DNA of 64,000 nt from Myxococcota bacterium (lineage in GTDB: Bacteria > Myxococcota_A > UBA796 > UBA2385), in NCBI GenBank assembly GCA_044344255.1, contig JBIJDH010000006.1:224001-288000 (forward strand). The letters are read 5' to 3'. The notes under the pieces were generated by a model. That model did no database searches, was not told the origin of the DNA, and saw only the letters and a program-made list of their open reading frames with translations. How positions within the stretch are numbered: position 1 is the first letter of the stretch; each line of letters opens with the position of its first letter. A program made the translations under genes and the position numbers. Below are positions 29,627 through 39,848 of this stretch, piece by piece.

Positions 29627-32110
29627 ATGCGCCCGACCCTCTGGCTGTTGCTCCCTTGGATGGCCCTCGCCTGCGCTGGCGGCAAGACCGTGGAGGCCGA
29701 CGGCGGCGGGGATGAGGGCGCGGACGGCGCCGACGGAGCGGACGGGGCCGACGGCGGCGACGGGACGGACGGCGGCGACGGCGGCGGTGACACGGGCAAC
29801 CCGGCCTCCGGCTGGGCGTGGTCCGACGGGCCCGCCCTCCCCGCCTGTACCCCCTCGACCGCCTCGGGTGACCTCATCGCCCTCTCCGGCGTGGTGCTCC
29901 TGCCCGACGGCCCCGTCGCGGGCTCGGTCGTCTACGATCGCGGCAGCGGGCTCATCACCTGCGCAGGTGAGGGCTGCAGCACCGCCAGCGCCACCGTGAT
30001 CTGCACCGAGGGCGTCATCAGCCCCGGGCTCATCGACACCCACGACCACCTCCAGTACAACGCCATCCCGCCCTGGCAGCACGAAGACCTCTACTGTGAC
30101 CGCTACGAGTGGCGCTCCGACGACGCGTACTACGACTACCGCACCGCCTACGACGCCATCACCGACAGCTACGACTGCGAGATCATGAAGTGGGCCGAGC
30201 TCCGCCAGCTCGTCGGCGGCTCGACCTCGGCGGTGGGCTCCTCGGGGGGCGACTGTATCAACGGCCTCATCCGGAACCTCGATGAGAGCTCGGACGCCAG
30301 TCATGTCGACGACTATTATCTGTACTACTCCGCCTCGACCGTGACGGACAACTTCGACTCTGGGGACGGCGCCTCCTACGCCGCCGCCCTGTCGTCGGGC
30401 TCGACGGACGCGGTCTTCAACCACGTCGGCGAGGGCGTCTGCGGCCTCGACGCCGACGAGATCGACCACATGTTCGACGTCGGCATGTCCGGCCCCGGGC
30501 AGGCCTGGATCCACGTCGCCGACAGCGACGCCGGTGACTTCGCCCGCATGGCCGCCGACGGCACCACCCTCGTCTGGGCCCCGCGCAGCAACCTCGACCT
30601 CTACGGGAACACCGCCGCCATCGACGTGGCGCTGCGCATCGGCGTGCCGGTCATCCTCGGCCCCGACTGGACCTGGTCGGGCTCGGCCAACGTCAACCAG
30701 GAGATGCGCTGCGCCCAGCAGTACATCGCCTCGCGCGGCACCGGTGACCTCAGCGACGAGCGCCTCTGGGCGATGACCACCGGCGACGCCGCCCGCGCCC
30801 TCGGCCTGGACGGCAAGCTCGGCAGCCTGTCTGAGGGCTTCACCGCTGACATCTCCGTCTTCGCCTGGTCGCCCCAGCCCTACCGCAGCATCGTCGAGGC
30901 CGAGCAAGAGGATGTTCGCCTCGTGATCGTTGATGGGGAGGCCCTCTACGGGGTGCCCTCGCTCATGGACGGGGCGGTCTCGAACCCCGACTACTGCGAG
31001 GAGGTGAGCGCTTGCACCGAGGCCCGCACCCTCTGTGTGCAGTTCGGCAGCTCCGGCGACGACGCCCAGACCTACACCGACCTCGAGGGGCTGCTCACCG
31101 CGGCCCTCTCCGGGGTCTCGATGCCCGAGGGGCTCGAGTACGCCGGCGCCCTCGACCCGCTGTGGCGCTGCGACGAGCCGCCCTCCTGTGACCTCTCGAG
31201 CCCCACCGCCGACGACACCGACGGCGACGGCGAGGCGGACAGCGCCGACAACTGCCCGGCGAGCTGGAACCCCGAGCAGCAGGACTTCGACGGCGACGGT
31301 CTCGGCGACCCCTGCGACGTCTGCCCGCTCGCCGCCGACAGCGAGGACTGTGAGACCAGCGCCGAGGACGTCGATGGCGACGGCATCGCCACCGTGGACG
31401 ACAACTGCCCCTACGCCGCCAACGAAGACCAGGCCGACGGCGACGGCGACGGAAAGGGTGACGTCTGCGACGAGTGCCCCGAGGTCTCGAACCCCGGCGC
31501 CGCCGCCTGCCCCACCACCATCGAGTCCGTGCGCGACCCCGCGGCGCCTGACCACCCCGCCGAGGGCGAGTCCGTCGCCGTGAGCGGCGTCGTCACCGGC
31601 ATTGACCCCGAGACCGGCTTCACCATCCAGGACCCCTCGGAGGCGGACGGTTACGACGCGCTCTACGTCTACGACAACGGCGACCACACGGTGGCCTTGG
31701 GCGACGTCGTCACCGTGAGCGGCGTCTACACCGAGTTCTACGAGCTCACCGAGCTCACCGAGATCTCGGAGGTGACCGTGACCGCGAGCGGCACCCCCGT
31801 GCCGGACCCCGTCACCATCGACGACGCCTGTGACATCGGCACCGGCGGGGCCGACGCCGAGCGTTACGAGTCGATGCTGGTCGAGGTGGTGGACGTGACC
31901 GTCTCGAGCAGCAACCCGGACGACCCGAGCGACTACGACGAGTTCGAGGTCAACGGCTGCCTCCGCGTCGATGACGCCTTCTACGCCGACCTCGTCGACG
32001 CCCCCTCCGTCGGCGTCGAGTTCAGCCGCATCACCGGCATCGCGACCTTCGCTTTCAGCAACGCCAAGGTCTTGCCGCGTGACGCCGATGACGTCGAGAC
32101 CGCCCCCTGA
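29627..32110 (+). CDS. Lipoprotein amidohydrolase with thrombospondin type-3 repeats and C-terminal OB-fold-like domain
   Basis: Lipobox ALAC; PGLIDTHDH, NHVGEG, WIHV, LGPDW; DxDGDG..DNCP repeats; VSGVVTG..FTIQD..GDVVTVSGVYTEFY; ATG 29627 after AGGAG. Confidence 0.85.
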   Translation: MRPTLWLLLPWMALACAGGKTVEADGGGDEGADGADGADGADGGDGTDGGDGGGDTGNPASGWAWSDGPALPACTPSTASGDLIALSGVVLLPDGPVAGSVVYDRGSGLITCAGEGCSTASATVICTEGVISPGLIDTHDHLQYNAIPPWQHEDLYCDRYEWRSDDAYYDYRTAYDAITDSYDCEIMKWAELRQLVGGSTSAVGSSGGDCINGLIRNLDESSDASHVDDYYLYYSASTVTDNFDSGDGASYAAALSSGSTDAVFNHVGEGVCGLDADEIDHMFDVGMSGPGQAWIHVADSDAGDFARMAADGTTLVWAPRSNLDLYGNTAAIDVALRIGVPVILGPDWTWSGSANVNQEMRCAQQYIASRGTGDLSDERLWAMTTGDAARALGLDGKLGSLSEGFTADISVFAWSPQPYRSIVEAEQEDVRLVIVDGEALYGVPSLMDGAVSNPDYCEEVSACTEARTLCVQFGSSGDDAQTYTDLEGLLTAALSGVSMPEGLEYAGALDPLWRCDEPPSCDLSSPTADDTDGDGEADSADNCPASWNPEQQDFDGDGLGDPCDVCPLAADSEDCETSAEDVDGDGIATVDDNCPYAANEDQADGDGDGKGDVCDECPEVSNPGAAACPTTIESVRDPAAPDHPAEGESVAVSGVVTGIDPETGFTIQDPSEADGYDALYVYDNGDHTVALGDVVTVSGVYTEFYELTELTEISEVTVTASGTPVPDPVTIDDACDIGTGGADAERYESMLVEVVDVTVSSSNPDDPSDYDEFEVNGCLRVDDAFYADLVDAPSVGVEFSRITGIATFAFSNAKVLPRDADDVETAP

Positions 32111-32126
32111 TCCCGACCGGCAGAAC

Positions 32127-34883
32127 ATGACCACCTCCGACGCCGCCTCCCCGCCCCACCCCGCCGACGGGGAGGCGCCCGCGCCGACCCAGGACCCGAT
32201 CACCCGCCACGAGCAGGCGGTCGGGCTGCTCCTGCCGCTCTTCCTCTGCAGCGGCGCCACCTCGCTCGTCTACGAGACGCTCTGGGAGCGGCAGCTCCAC
32301 CTCGTCGCCGGCACGAGCCAGGTGGCGGTGATGACCGTCCTGGCGGCCTTCATGGGCGGCCTCGCCATCGGCGGCTTCGCGGCGGCCCGCTTCGCCGACA
32401 CGCTCGTCCGACCGTTGCGGGTCTACGCGCTGCTCGAGGGGGGCATCGGCCTCTACGCGCTGCTCTACCCGCACCTGATCGAGCTCGTCACCCCGATCTA
32501 TTCGGGCTTCTGGCACGAGGTGCAGCCCTCGCCGCCGGTCTTCGCCTTCTTTCAATTCTTGCTGTTCGGCGGCCTCCTCCTGCCGCCGACGATCGCGATG
32601 GGCAGCACGCTCCCGGTGCTCGCCCGCTTCGCCGCCACCGCGACTGACGGCGCCGGGCGGCGCATCGGCCTGCTCTACGGGGCGAACACGCTCGGCGCGG
32701 TGCTCGGCGTGGCGATGGCCGGCTTCTTCCTCCTCCCCGGCCTCGGCCTCTCGGTCACCACCTCGGTGACGGCGGGGGCGAACCTGGTCCTGATGGGGGC
32801 CGCCCTGCTGCTCGACCGCTGGGTGGCGCCGCTCCCGCCCCCCGAGGTCGCCGCGCCCGCCTCCGCCCGCGGGGACACCGCCGCGCCAGCGCCGGCCTGG
32901 CTCAAGTGGCTCTCGGTGCAGGCCTTCCTCGCCGGGCTCACGGCCCTGCTCTACGAGATGGCCTGGTTCCGCTTGATGGCCCTCCAGCTCGGCGGCAGCG
33001 CCTACGCCTTCAGCGTGATGCTGCTCGCCTTCCTGCTCGGCATCGGCCTCGGCGGCATCGTCGGCGGCTCGGTGGCGGACCGGGCCTGGGAGCGGGGCGG
33101 CGCGGGGCGCACGTTGAAGATCGCCGCCGCCTTCCAGGTGGGCATCGGCCTGCTCGCTTACCTCGCGATGTACAGCTTCGGGAAGCTGCCCTTTGTCTTT
33201 GTTCACCTCTATACGGCGGTGGAAGATACGAAGTGGCTCCTGTGGCCCGCCAAGCTGACGCTGGCCCTGGCGGTGATGCTGCCGCCGGCCCTGCTGATGG
33301 GGGCCACCTTCCCGCTGCTCGTGCGGGCGGCGATGCGCTCGGGGGCGCTCGGCGCGCCGGTCGGCCGCCTCTACGGCTGGAACACGCTCGGCGCCATCCT
33401 CGGGGCGCTGTCGGGGGGCCTTTTCGTGCCGCTCCTCCACATCCGGGAGAACGTCCGCCTCGCGCTGGGCGGGGCCGCGGGCTGGTTCCCCGACGACCAC
33501 ACCCACGTCCGCGAGGTGCTGCTGATCGGCGTCTCCTTGAACCTGCTCGGGGCGCTGGTGGCGCTGCGCTCGTCGGGCCTCGCCGACCAGACCCGCGCCT
33601 CCTGGACGGCGAAGCTCGGCGGGGCCCTGGCCTTCGTGTTCGCGGTCGGGCTCATCCAGGTCGTGCCGCCGCCCTGGAACCCGCTGATCATGACGGCCGG
33701 GATGTACAAGTATGTGAGCGAGATGGGGGCGGACGAGCGGAACACCGCGGGCGTCCTCAACTTCGCGGTCAACCCCTACACCCTGCTCTACTACGAAGAG
33801 GGCATGAGCAGCGTCGTCACCGTGGCCCAGGCCAAGCGCAGCGGCAACATCTGGCTCGCCAACAACGGCAAGGTCGACGCGTCAACCCGCCTCGACATGC
33901 CCACCCAGGTGCTCTGCGCGCACCTGCCCTTCCTCTTCAAGCCCGAGGTCGAGGACGTGTTGGTCATCGGCCTCGCGAGCGGCATCACCGCTGGCGCCGT
34001 GACGCTCCACGAGGCGCCGAAGCGCATCGACGTCGCCGAGCTCGAGCCGGCCATCGTCACCGCGAGCCACTACTTCGACGAGTTCAACCGGCGACCCCTC
34101 GAAGATCCGCGGGTGAACCTCATCGCCAACGATGGCCGCAACCTCGTGCTGCTCTCCGATCCGGGCACCTACGACCTCATCATCTCCGAGCCCTCCAACC
34201 CCTGGCTGTCGGGCGTCTCCAATCTGTTCACATCCGAGTTCTTTGACCTCGGAAAGTCCAGGTTGAAGGAGGGTGGCGTCTGGTCGCAGTGGGTCCAGAT
34301 GTACGGCATGAGCACTGAGGACGTCGAGACGCTGCTCCGCACCTTCGCCGAGACCTACGCCCACGTCTCGCTCTTCCTCACCATCGACGGCGCGGACCTC
34401 GTGCTGGTCGGCAGCGACGCCCCGCTCGTGCTTGACGCCGCCTCGATCCAGCGCGTGCTGGACCGCGAGCCCGCGGTGGCGGAGCAGGTGGCGGAGCGAG
34501 AGGTCGGCTGCCCGACGCCGGAGGACATCCTCGCCCGTTACCGCCTCAACCGGGACGACATCCTGCTCATCGCCGGGGACGCGCCGCTCAACACCGATGA
34601 CAACATGCGCATCGAGTACTCGGCGCCGCTGCACCTCCACGAGAACAACGCCGAGACCGACTTCGTCAAGCTGCTGCCCGACCACGACATCACCCGCACC
34701 GTGCCCTTCAGCGCCGTGCGAGACCTCGAGGGCTGGAAGCGGCTCGCCCGCGCCTACGCCGAGAACGACGACTGGGTGCGGGCCCTCACCGTGCTCCGCA
34801 GCGCCGAGGACAAGTGGCCGGGCGATGCGGAGGTGGGTGAGCTCTACGTGGAGTACCAGGAGGAGCTGAAGGGCTCCCTCTGA
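32127..34883 (+). CDS. Fused membrane (MFS-like)/spermidine synthase-like protein
   Basis: SGATSLVYETLWER, LYGANTLGAVLG repeats; VLVIGLASGIT, ELEPAI, DGRN, YDLIISEPSNPW, NTDDN. Confidence 0.9.
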   Translation: MTTSDAASPPHPADGEAPAPTQDPITRHEQAVGLLLPLFLCSGATSLVYETLWERQLHLVAGTSQVAVMTVLAAFMGGLAIGGFAAARFADTLVRPLRVYALLEGGIGLYALLYPHLIELVTPIYSGFWHEVQPSPPVFAFFQFLLFGGLLLPPTIAMGSTLPVLARFAATATDGAGRRIGLLYGANTLGAVLGVAMAGFFLLPGLGLSVTTSVTAGANLVLMGAALLLDRWVAPLPPPEVAAPASARGDTAAPAPAWLKWLSVQAFLAGLTALLYEMAWFRLMALQLGGSAYAFSVMLLAFLLGIGLGGIVGGSVADRAWERGGAGRTLKIAAAFQVGIGLLAYLAMYSFGKLPFVFVHLYTAVEDTKWLLWPAKLTLALAVMLPPALLMGATFPLLVRAAMRSGALGAPVGRLYGWNTLGAILGALSGGLFVPLLHIRENVRLALGGAAGWFPDDHTHVREVLLIGVSLNLLGALVALRSSGLADQTRASWTAKLGGALAFVFAVGLIQVVPPPWNPLIMTAGMYKYVSEMGADERNTAGVLNFAVNPYTLLYYEEGMSSVVTVAQAKRSGNIWLANNGKVDASTRLDMPTQVLCAHLPFLFKPEVEDVLVIGLASGITAGAVTLHEAPKRIDVAELEPAIVTASHYFDEFNRRPLEDPRVNLIANDGRNLVLLSDPGTYDLIISEPSNPWLSGVSNLFTSEFFDLGKSRLKEGGVWSQWVQMYGMSTEDVETLLRTFAETYAHVSLFLTIDGADLVLVGSDAPLVLDAASIQRVLDREPAVAEQVAEREVGCPTPEDILARYRLNRDDILLIAGDAPLNTDDNMRIEYSAPLHLHENNAETDFVKLLPDHDITRTVPFSAVRDLEGWKRLARAYAENDDWVRALTVLRSAEDKWPGDAEVGELYVEYQEELKGSL

Positions 34884-34914
34884 GCGACCCCGGAGCCCGG
34901 CCGGGAGGGGGCGC

Positions 34915-36807
34915 TCAGCCCTCGGAGACGACGATGATCTTGTCTTCGGGCGCGAAGGTGAGCCGCTCCGACTTCTCGGGGTTGACGGTCACGCCGTAAG
35001 CGGCGCCGGGGTCGCGCCCCTTGGCGGCGATGCGGTAGCCGATCGCGATCTGGCCCTGGCGGCGCGCCGACTCCACCACGGTGGCGTAGGTGAGCGCTAC
35101 GCCGGGGCGCACGAAGTGGTTGACCGGCTTGATGTAGATCTCGGCGCCTTCGGGGTCGAAGAGGTCGGCGAGGACGGCGTTGAGGTGCTTGTTCTCGGCC
35201 ACCTGGGTCATCATCAGGCTGACGAGGCGCTCGCTGACGATGAAGTCGTCGGCCTTGGTGACCTCGGCGATCTGCCGGTTTCGGACGTCGCGCATCTCGC
35301 TCACGACGGCGAGCTGCACGCCCGTCCGCTCGGAGATGTCGCGGAGGTGCAGCAGGGTGACGAGGACGCGGGCGTCGGCGGGCTCGGCGTCGAGGGCGCT
35401 CGAGCAGAGCACGATGATGTGGTCGAAGGTGGTCACCTCGAGGCTGTCGATCAGGCCGCGGTGGGTCGTGTCGGCCGCCCGCACCTCCACCGTCAGGTTC
35501 TTGAGCTCGCCCAGCGCCTCGTGGAGGCCGGCGGCCGCCTCGTCTTCGGCCACGAGCAGCAGCGTCGAGCCCGGCGCGACGTAGGCGTCGAGGCCAGAGA
35601 CGATCGCGGCCGCGCGCTCGTTCCAGCCGAGGATGAGCGTGCGCTCGGCGGCCATCGTGGGGGAGTCGAGGGAGACGATCGCCGCCTCGTCGATGGAGAC
35701 CGTCGCGCCGGAGAGGCGGATGGTGTCGTCGTCCTCGGAGATCACGATCAGCTTGTCGCCCGCCGCGATGACGCGGTCGAGCGAGGGGAGCACCGCGGAC
35801 TGCCCGTTTGCGTAGATGCCGATGATCGCGCTCTTCTCGTAGAGGTTGAGCGCGGCGCCGAGGGTCTTGCCGACGAGCGTGGGCTCCTCCTTGAAGTAGA
35901 TCTCGTCGCCGCCGAAGTCGAGGAGCTCGGTGTGGACGACCGAGAGGCCGCTTTGGCGGCAGGTCTGGACGGTGATGCGGCTGATGAGGTCACCGGCGAC
36001 GATGACCTCGACCTCGTCCTTGCCCACCATCTTGGCGACGGAGACGCTCTTGTCGTCCTTGAGCTCGGCCACGATGTGGTATGGCGCGGCGCGGCGGCGG
36101 GGAGAGTTCGTGATCGCGACGATGCTCTTGATCACCTGCACGTCGGGGCTCTCGAGCTCCGGGGAGAGCAGCACGATGAAGCGGCTGCCCTGCACGTTGA
36201 CCATGTCGAGGGCCGCGAGGTCGGAGGTGGAGCCGCTGCGGCAGACGAGGCGGGTGGTCTTCCAGTCCTCGACGCGGCTGTTGATCTCGTCCTCCATCTC
36301 GACCTTGTCCTTGTCGGAGAGCACGACGATGACGGCGTCCTTGCGGCTCGCGTTGGCCTCGATGAGCTCGGTGACGATGGTGAAGATGGCCTCCGACCAG
36401 CCGACGATGAGGGCGTGGTTGTCCTCCACCACGAGGCTCTTGCCCTTGCGCAGCTCGTCGAGCTTGGCCTCGAGGCCGGAGTTGAGCACGCCGATGAGGG
36501 CGGAGATCACGAACACGCCGCCCGCGGTCGCGAAGAGCCCCGCCAGCCGGTAGGGCCAGTTGGCGCCGACTCCGCCGAGCGTGCCGGCGTCGAGGCTCAA
36601 CATGAGGCCGGTCCAAAAGGCGTTGAGCGGCCCGTAGTCGGTGAGCTGGTCGGCGGGGGTGAGGCGGCCGACGACGATGATCAGCGAGTAGATCACCAAG
36701 AGGACGAAGCTCACCACCCCGAGCCAGGCGATGAGGGCAGGGGTGCCCTTGGACATCGAATTATCGAAGTGATATCGAAGTTTTTGAAGAAACGTGACCG
36801 GGGGCAT
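34915..36807 (-). CDS. CASTOR/POLLUX-like cation channel with RCK domains
   Basis: LRYHFDNSMSKG, pore-like LDAGTLGG, LRKGKSLVVEDNHALIVGW, RQSGLSVVHTELLDFGGDEIY; start set at 36807 because the longer ORF overlaps rnpB. Confidence 0.88.
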   Translation of the reverse strand: MPPVTFLQKLRYHFDNSMSKGTPALIAWLGVVSFVLLVIYSLIIVVGRLTPADQLTDYGPLNAFWTGLMLSLDAGTLGGVGANWPYRLAGLFATAGGVFVISALIGVLNSGLEAKLDELRKGKSLVVEDNHALIVGWSEAIFTIVTELIEANASRKDAVIVVLSDKDKVEMEDEINSRVEDWKTTRLVCRSGSTSDLAALDMVNVQGSRFIVLLSPELESPDVQVIKSIVAITNSPRRRAAPYHIVAELKDDKSVSVAKMVGKDEVEVIVAGDLISRITVQTCRQSGLSVVHTELLDFGGDEIYFKEEPTLVGKTLGAALNLYEKSAIIGIYANGQSAVLPSLDRVIAAGDKLIVISEDDDTIRLSGATVSIDEAAIVSLDSPTMAAERTLILGWNERAAAIVSGLDAYVAPGSTLLLVAEDEAAAGLHEALGELKNLTVEVRAADTTHRGLIDSLEVTTFDHIIVLCSSALDAEPADARVLVTLLHLRDISERTGVQLAVVSEMRDVRNRQIAEVTKADDFIVSERLVSLMMTQVAENKHLNAVLADLFDPEGAEIYIKPVNHFVRPGVALTYATVVESARRQGQIAIGYRIAAKGRDPGAAYGVTVNPEKSERLTFAPEDKIIVVSEG

Positions 36808-36920
36808 GTTGAGGTTCCAACGGCAGTGTGGGGGGCGCCGCGGGGTGGAGGGACCCTCGCGGGGCCGGGGGAGGGGCGGCCTAACTCGACAAGGGCGGCG
36901 CATCTGCATAGGGCCGCGGC

Positions 36921-37420
36921 GTTCCAGAGGGACAGGTGATCGCCGGTCTCCCCGTTCGAGGTGCCGTGGCCGAGAGGTCGGGGCATCGTCGGATGAAGGG
37001 GGACGGGAGGAAAGTCCGAGCTCCGCAGAGCAGGGTGCCGGGTAACGCCCGGTCGGGGTGACCCGAAGGAAAGTGCAACAGAGAGCAGACCGCCACGTAC
37101 GCGTCCGCGTCGCGCGCTGGAGGGCCCGAGGAGAGCGATCTCCGAGGGCCTGAAGGTGAAGGCCGGGGCGGCCCCCTCGGGGGTCGTTGGTAAGGTTGAA
37201 AGGGTGCGGCAAGAGCGCACCGGCGGCCCTGGTGACAGGGCCGGCCAGGCAAACCCCATCCGGAGCAAGGCCAGATAGGGGGGCGATACGAGCGGCTCGC
37301 TCAAGGTCCCCGGGTTGGCTGCCGGAGCCCGTCGGTAACGGCGGGCCTAGAGGAATGATCATCACCGCGGTCGGGGAGACCGGATCGCGGAACAGAACTC
37401 GGCTTACGGACCTCTGGAGC
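36921..37420 (+). ncRNA. rnpB: RNase P RNA (class A)
   Basis: GAGGAAAGTCCGAGCTC, GGAAAGTGCAACAGAGAGCAGACCGCC, GGCAAACCCC..GGAGCAAGGCC, AGAGGAATGATC, ACAGAACTCGGCTTAC; P1 pairing gttccagagg/cctctggagc. Confidence 0.97.
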
Positions 37421-37423
37421 CCA

Positions 37424-37447
37424 CCCCGCCACTCTCGAGTGGTGGGG
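37424..37447 (+). terminator. GC-rich hairpin directly after rnpB
   Basis: ccccgccact-ctcg-agtggtgggg; no clear U-tract. Confidence 0.4.
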
Positions 37448-37556
37448 CGGCGCATTGGGGAGCGCGAGGCGGGACCGAGGGCCGCGAGCCGCGCTGCTTG
37501 CCCCTTGTCGGGGGCGCAGGTACATGGAGCGCCCCTCTTCCCGCGGATCTCCCCCG

Positions 37557-39848
37557 ATGAGCATGAAGAAAGACGCGCTGGACTACCACTCGCGCGGTCG
37601 GCCCGGGAAGATCGAGGTCGTCCCGACCAAGCCCCTGCTCACTCAGCGCGACCTCGCCCTCGCCTACACCCCCGGGGTGGCGGAGCCCTGCCGGGCCATC
37701 GCCCGGGATCCCGAGGCCGCCTACGACTACACGGCGAAGGGCAACCTCGTCGCGGTCATCACCAACGGCACCGCGGTGCTGGGCCTCGGCAACATCGGCC
37801 CCCTCGGCGGCAAGCCCGTGATGGAGGGCAAGGCCAACCTGTTCAAGCGCTTCGCCGACATCGACGTCTTCGACATTGAGCTCAACGCGCCCACGGCCGA
37901 GGAGGTCATCGCGGCGGTCAAGGCCATGGCGCCCACCTTCGGTGGGATCAACCTCGAAGACATCGCGAGCCCCGACTGTTTTGTCATCGAGCAGCGCCTC
38001 CAGGCCGAGCTCGACATCCCGGTCTTCCACGACGATCAGCACGGCACGGCGATCATCGCCAGCGCGGCGATGCTCAACGCCTGCGCGGTGGGCTCGAAGA
38101 ACCTCTGTGACCTCAAGGTGGTCTTCAGCGGCGCCGGCGCAGCGGCGATCGCGACCGCCCGCCTGTTCGTCTCTCTCGGCGTGAAGCGAGAGAACGTGTG
38201 GCTCTGTGACGCCGAGGGCCTCGTCTACGTCGGCCGCGAAGTGGCGATGTTCCCCGAGAAGGCGGCCTTCGCCCAGCCGACGGGCCCCGGCAAGCTGGCC
38301 GACGTGCTCCCCGGCGCCGACGTCTTCGTCGGGCTCTCGGTGGGCGGGGTGCTGACGGCTGACCTCGTGCGCACCATGGCGCCCTTCCCGATCATCTTCG
38401 CGATGGCCAACCCGGACCCCGAGATCACCTACGAGGAGGCCCGGGACGCCCGCCCCGACGCGATCGTGGCCACGGGGCGCTCGGACTACCCGAACCAGGT
38501 CAACAACGTCCTCGGCTTCCCCTTCGTCTTCCGCGGGGCGCTCGACTGTCGGGCGCGGGCCATCACCGAGGAGATGAAGGTCGCGGCGGTGAAGGCCCTC
38601 GCGGCCCTCGCGCGGGAGGACGTGCCCGACGTGGTGCTGACCGCCTACAACCTCGAGCGCCTCTCCTTCGGCCCCGACTACCTCATCCCCAAGCCCTTTG
38701 ACCCTCGGGTGCTGCTCTGGGTGGCCCCGGCGGTGGCGAAGGCGGCCGCTGACTCCGGCGTCGCCCGCAAGCCCATCGCCGACTATGACGCCTACCGCCA
38801 GCGCCTCGAGCGGCTGATTGAGCGCTCGAAGGAGGTCCTCCGCCCGCTGATGAACCGCGCCCGGACGCGGAAGTCGCGGGTCGTCTTCCCCGACGCCACC
38901 CACCAGAAGGTGCTGCGGGCCGCCCAGATCATGGTCGACGAGCGCATCTGCACCCCCGTTCTCGTGGGCGATGCGGCCAAGATCCGCGCTCGCGCCGAGG
39001 AGCACCACGTCAACCTGCGCGGCATCGAGATCGTCGAGGTGCAGGACGACGAGCGCTTCGCCCGCTACGCGAGCGAGCTCTGGAAGCTCCGCCAGCGGAA
39101 GGGCAAGACCCAGGCCGCCGTGCGCTCCTGGCTCAAGAACCCGCTCATCTACGGCTTGATGATGGTGCGGCAGGGCGACGCCGACGGCCTCCTCGGCGGC
39201 CTCGCCCACCCCTACAAGGACACGCTGCGGCCGGCGCTGCAGGTCGTGGGCCCCGCGCGGCCGGGTGCGGTGATCAGCGGCGTCTACGCGATGTTGTTCA
39301 AGGAACGGCGGATGTTCTTCGGGGACTGCACCGTCAACAACCTCGTCAACGCCGAGACCCTCGCCCAGATCGCCCTCAACACGGCGCGGGTCGCCGAGAC
39401 CTTTGGGGACACGCCGCGGGTGGCGATGTTGTCCTACTCGGACTTCGGTGAGATCCGCGGCGATGACTTCGTGGACAACGTCCGGGCGGCGGTCGACCTC
39501 GTCCGCAAGCTCCGCCCGAGCCTCGTCATCGACGGGGAGATGCACGCCGACACGGCGGTCGATCCCGAGCTCGCCGCCACCGACTTCCCCTTCAGCCAGA
39601 TCCAGGGCGACGCCAACGTCCTCATCTTCCCGGGCCTCGCCAGCGCCAACATCTCGTACAAGCTCCTCCGGGAGCTCGGCGGCGCCACGGCCCTCGGCCC
39701 CATCGTGGTCGGGCTCGCCCGCCCGGTCAACGCCCTCGCCCTTGGCTCCACCGTCGACGACATCGTCGCGATGGCCGCTATCACCGTCAATCAGATCATC
39801 GATCAGAAGAAGCCGGCCGACGAGCCGGCGGGGAGCTCCCGTGGCTGA
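37557..39848 (+). CDS. maeB: NADP-dependent malic enzyme with C-terminal PTA-like domain
   Basis: LAYTPGVA, TNGTAVLGLG, KPVMEGK, GINLEDI, FHDDQHGTA, ATGRSDYPNQVNN, DGEMHAD. Confidence 0.96.
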   Translation: MSMKKDALDYHSRGRPGKIEVVPTKPLLTQRDLALAYTPGVAEPCRAIARDPEAAYDYTAKGNLVAVITNGTAVLGLGNIGPLGGKPVMEGKANLFKRFADIDVFDIELNAPTAEEVIAAVKAMAPTFGGINLEDIASPDCFVIEQRLQAELDIPVFHDDQHGTAIIASAAMLNACAVGSKNLCDLKVVFSGAGAAAIATARLFVSLGVKRENVWLCDAEGLVYVGREVAMFPEKAAFAQPTGPGKLADVLPGADVFVGLSVGGVLTADLVRTMAPFPIIFAMANPDPEITYEEARDARPDAIVATGRSDYPNQVNNVLGFPFVFRGALDCRARAITEEMKVAAVKALAALAREDVPDVVLTAYNLERLSFGPDYLIPKPFDPRVLLWVAPAVAKAAADSGVARKPIADYDAYRQRLERLIERSKEVLRPLMNRARTRKSRVVFPDATHQKVLRAAQIMVDERICTPVLVGDAAKIRARAEEHHVNLRGIEIVEVQDDERFARYASELWKLRQRKGKTQAAVRSWLKNPLIYGLMMVRQGDADGLLGGLAHPYKDTLRPALQVVGPARPGAVISGVYAMLFKERRMFFGDCTVNNLVNAETLAQIALNTARVAETFGDTPRVAMLSYSDFGEIRGDDFVDNVRAAVDLVRKLRPSLVIDGEMHADTAVDPELAATDFPFSQIQGDANVLIFPGLASANISYKLLRELGGATALGPIVVGLARPVNALALGSTVDDIVAMAAITVNQIIDQKKPADEPAGSSRG

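Noticed and set aside
36808..37455. N-terminal 216-aa extension of the channel ORF, and ORF 37187-37879
   Set aside because: They overlap the RNase P RNA gene
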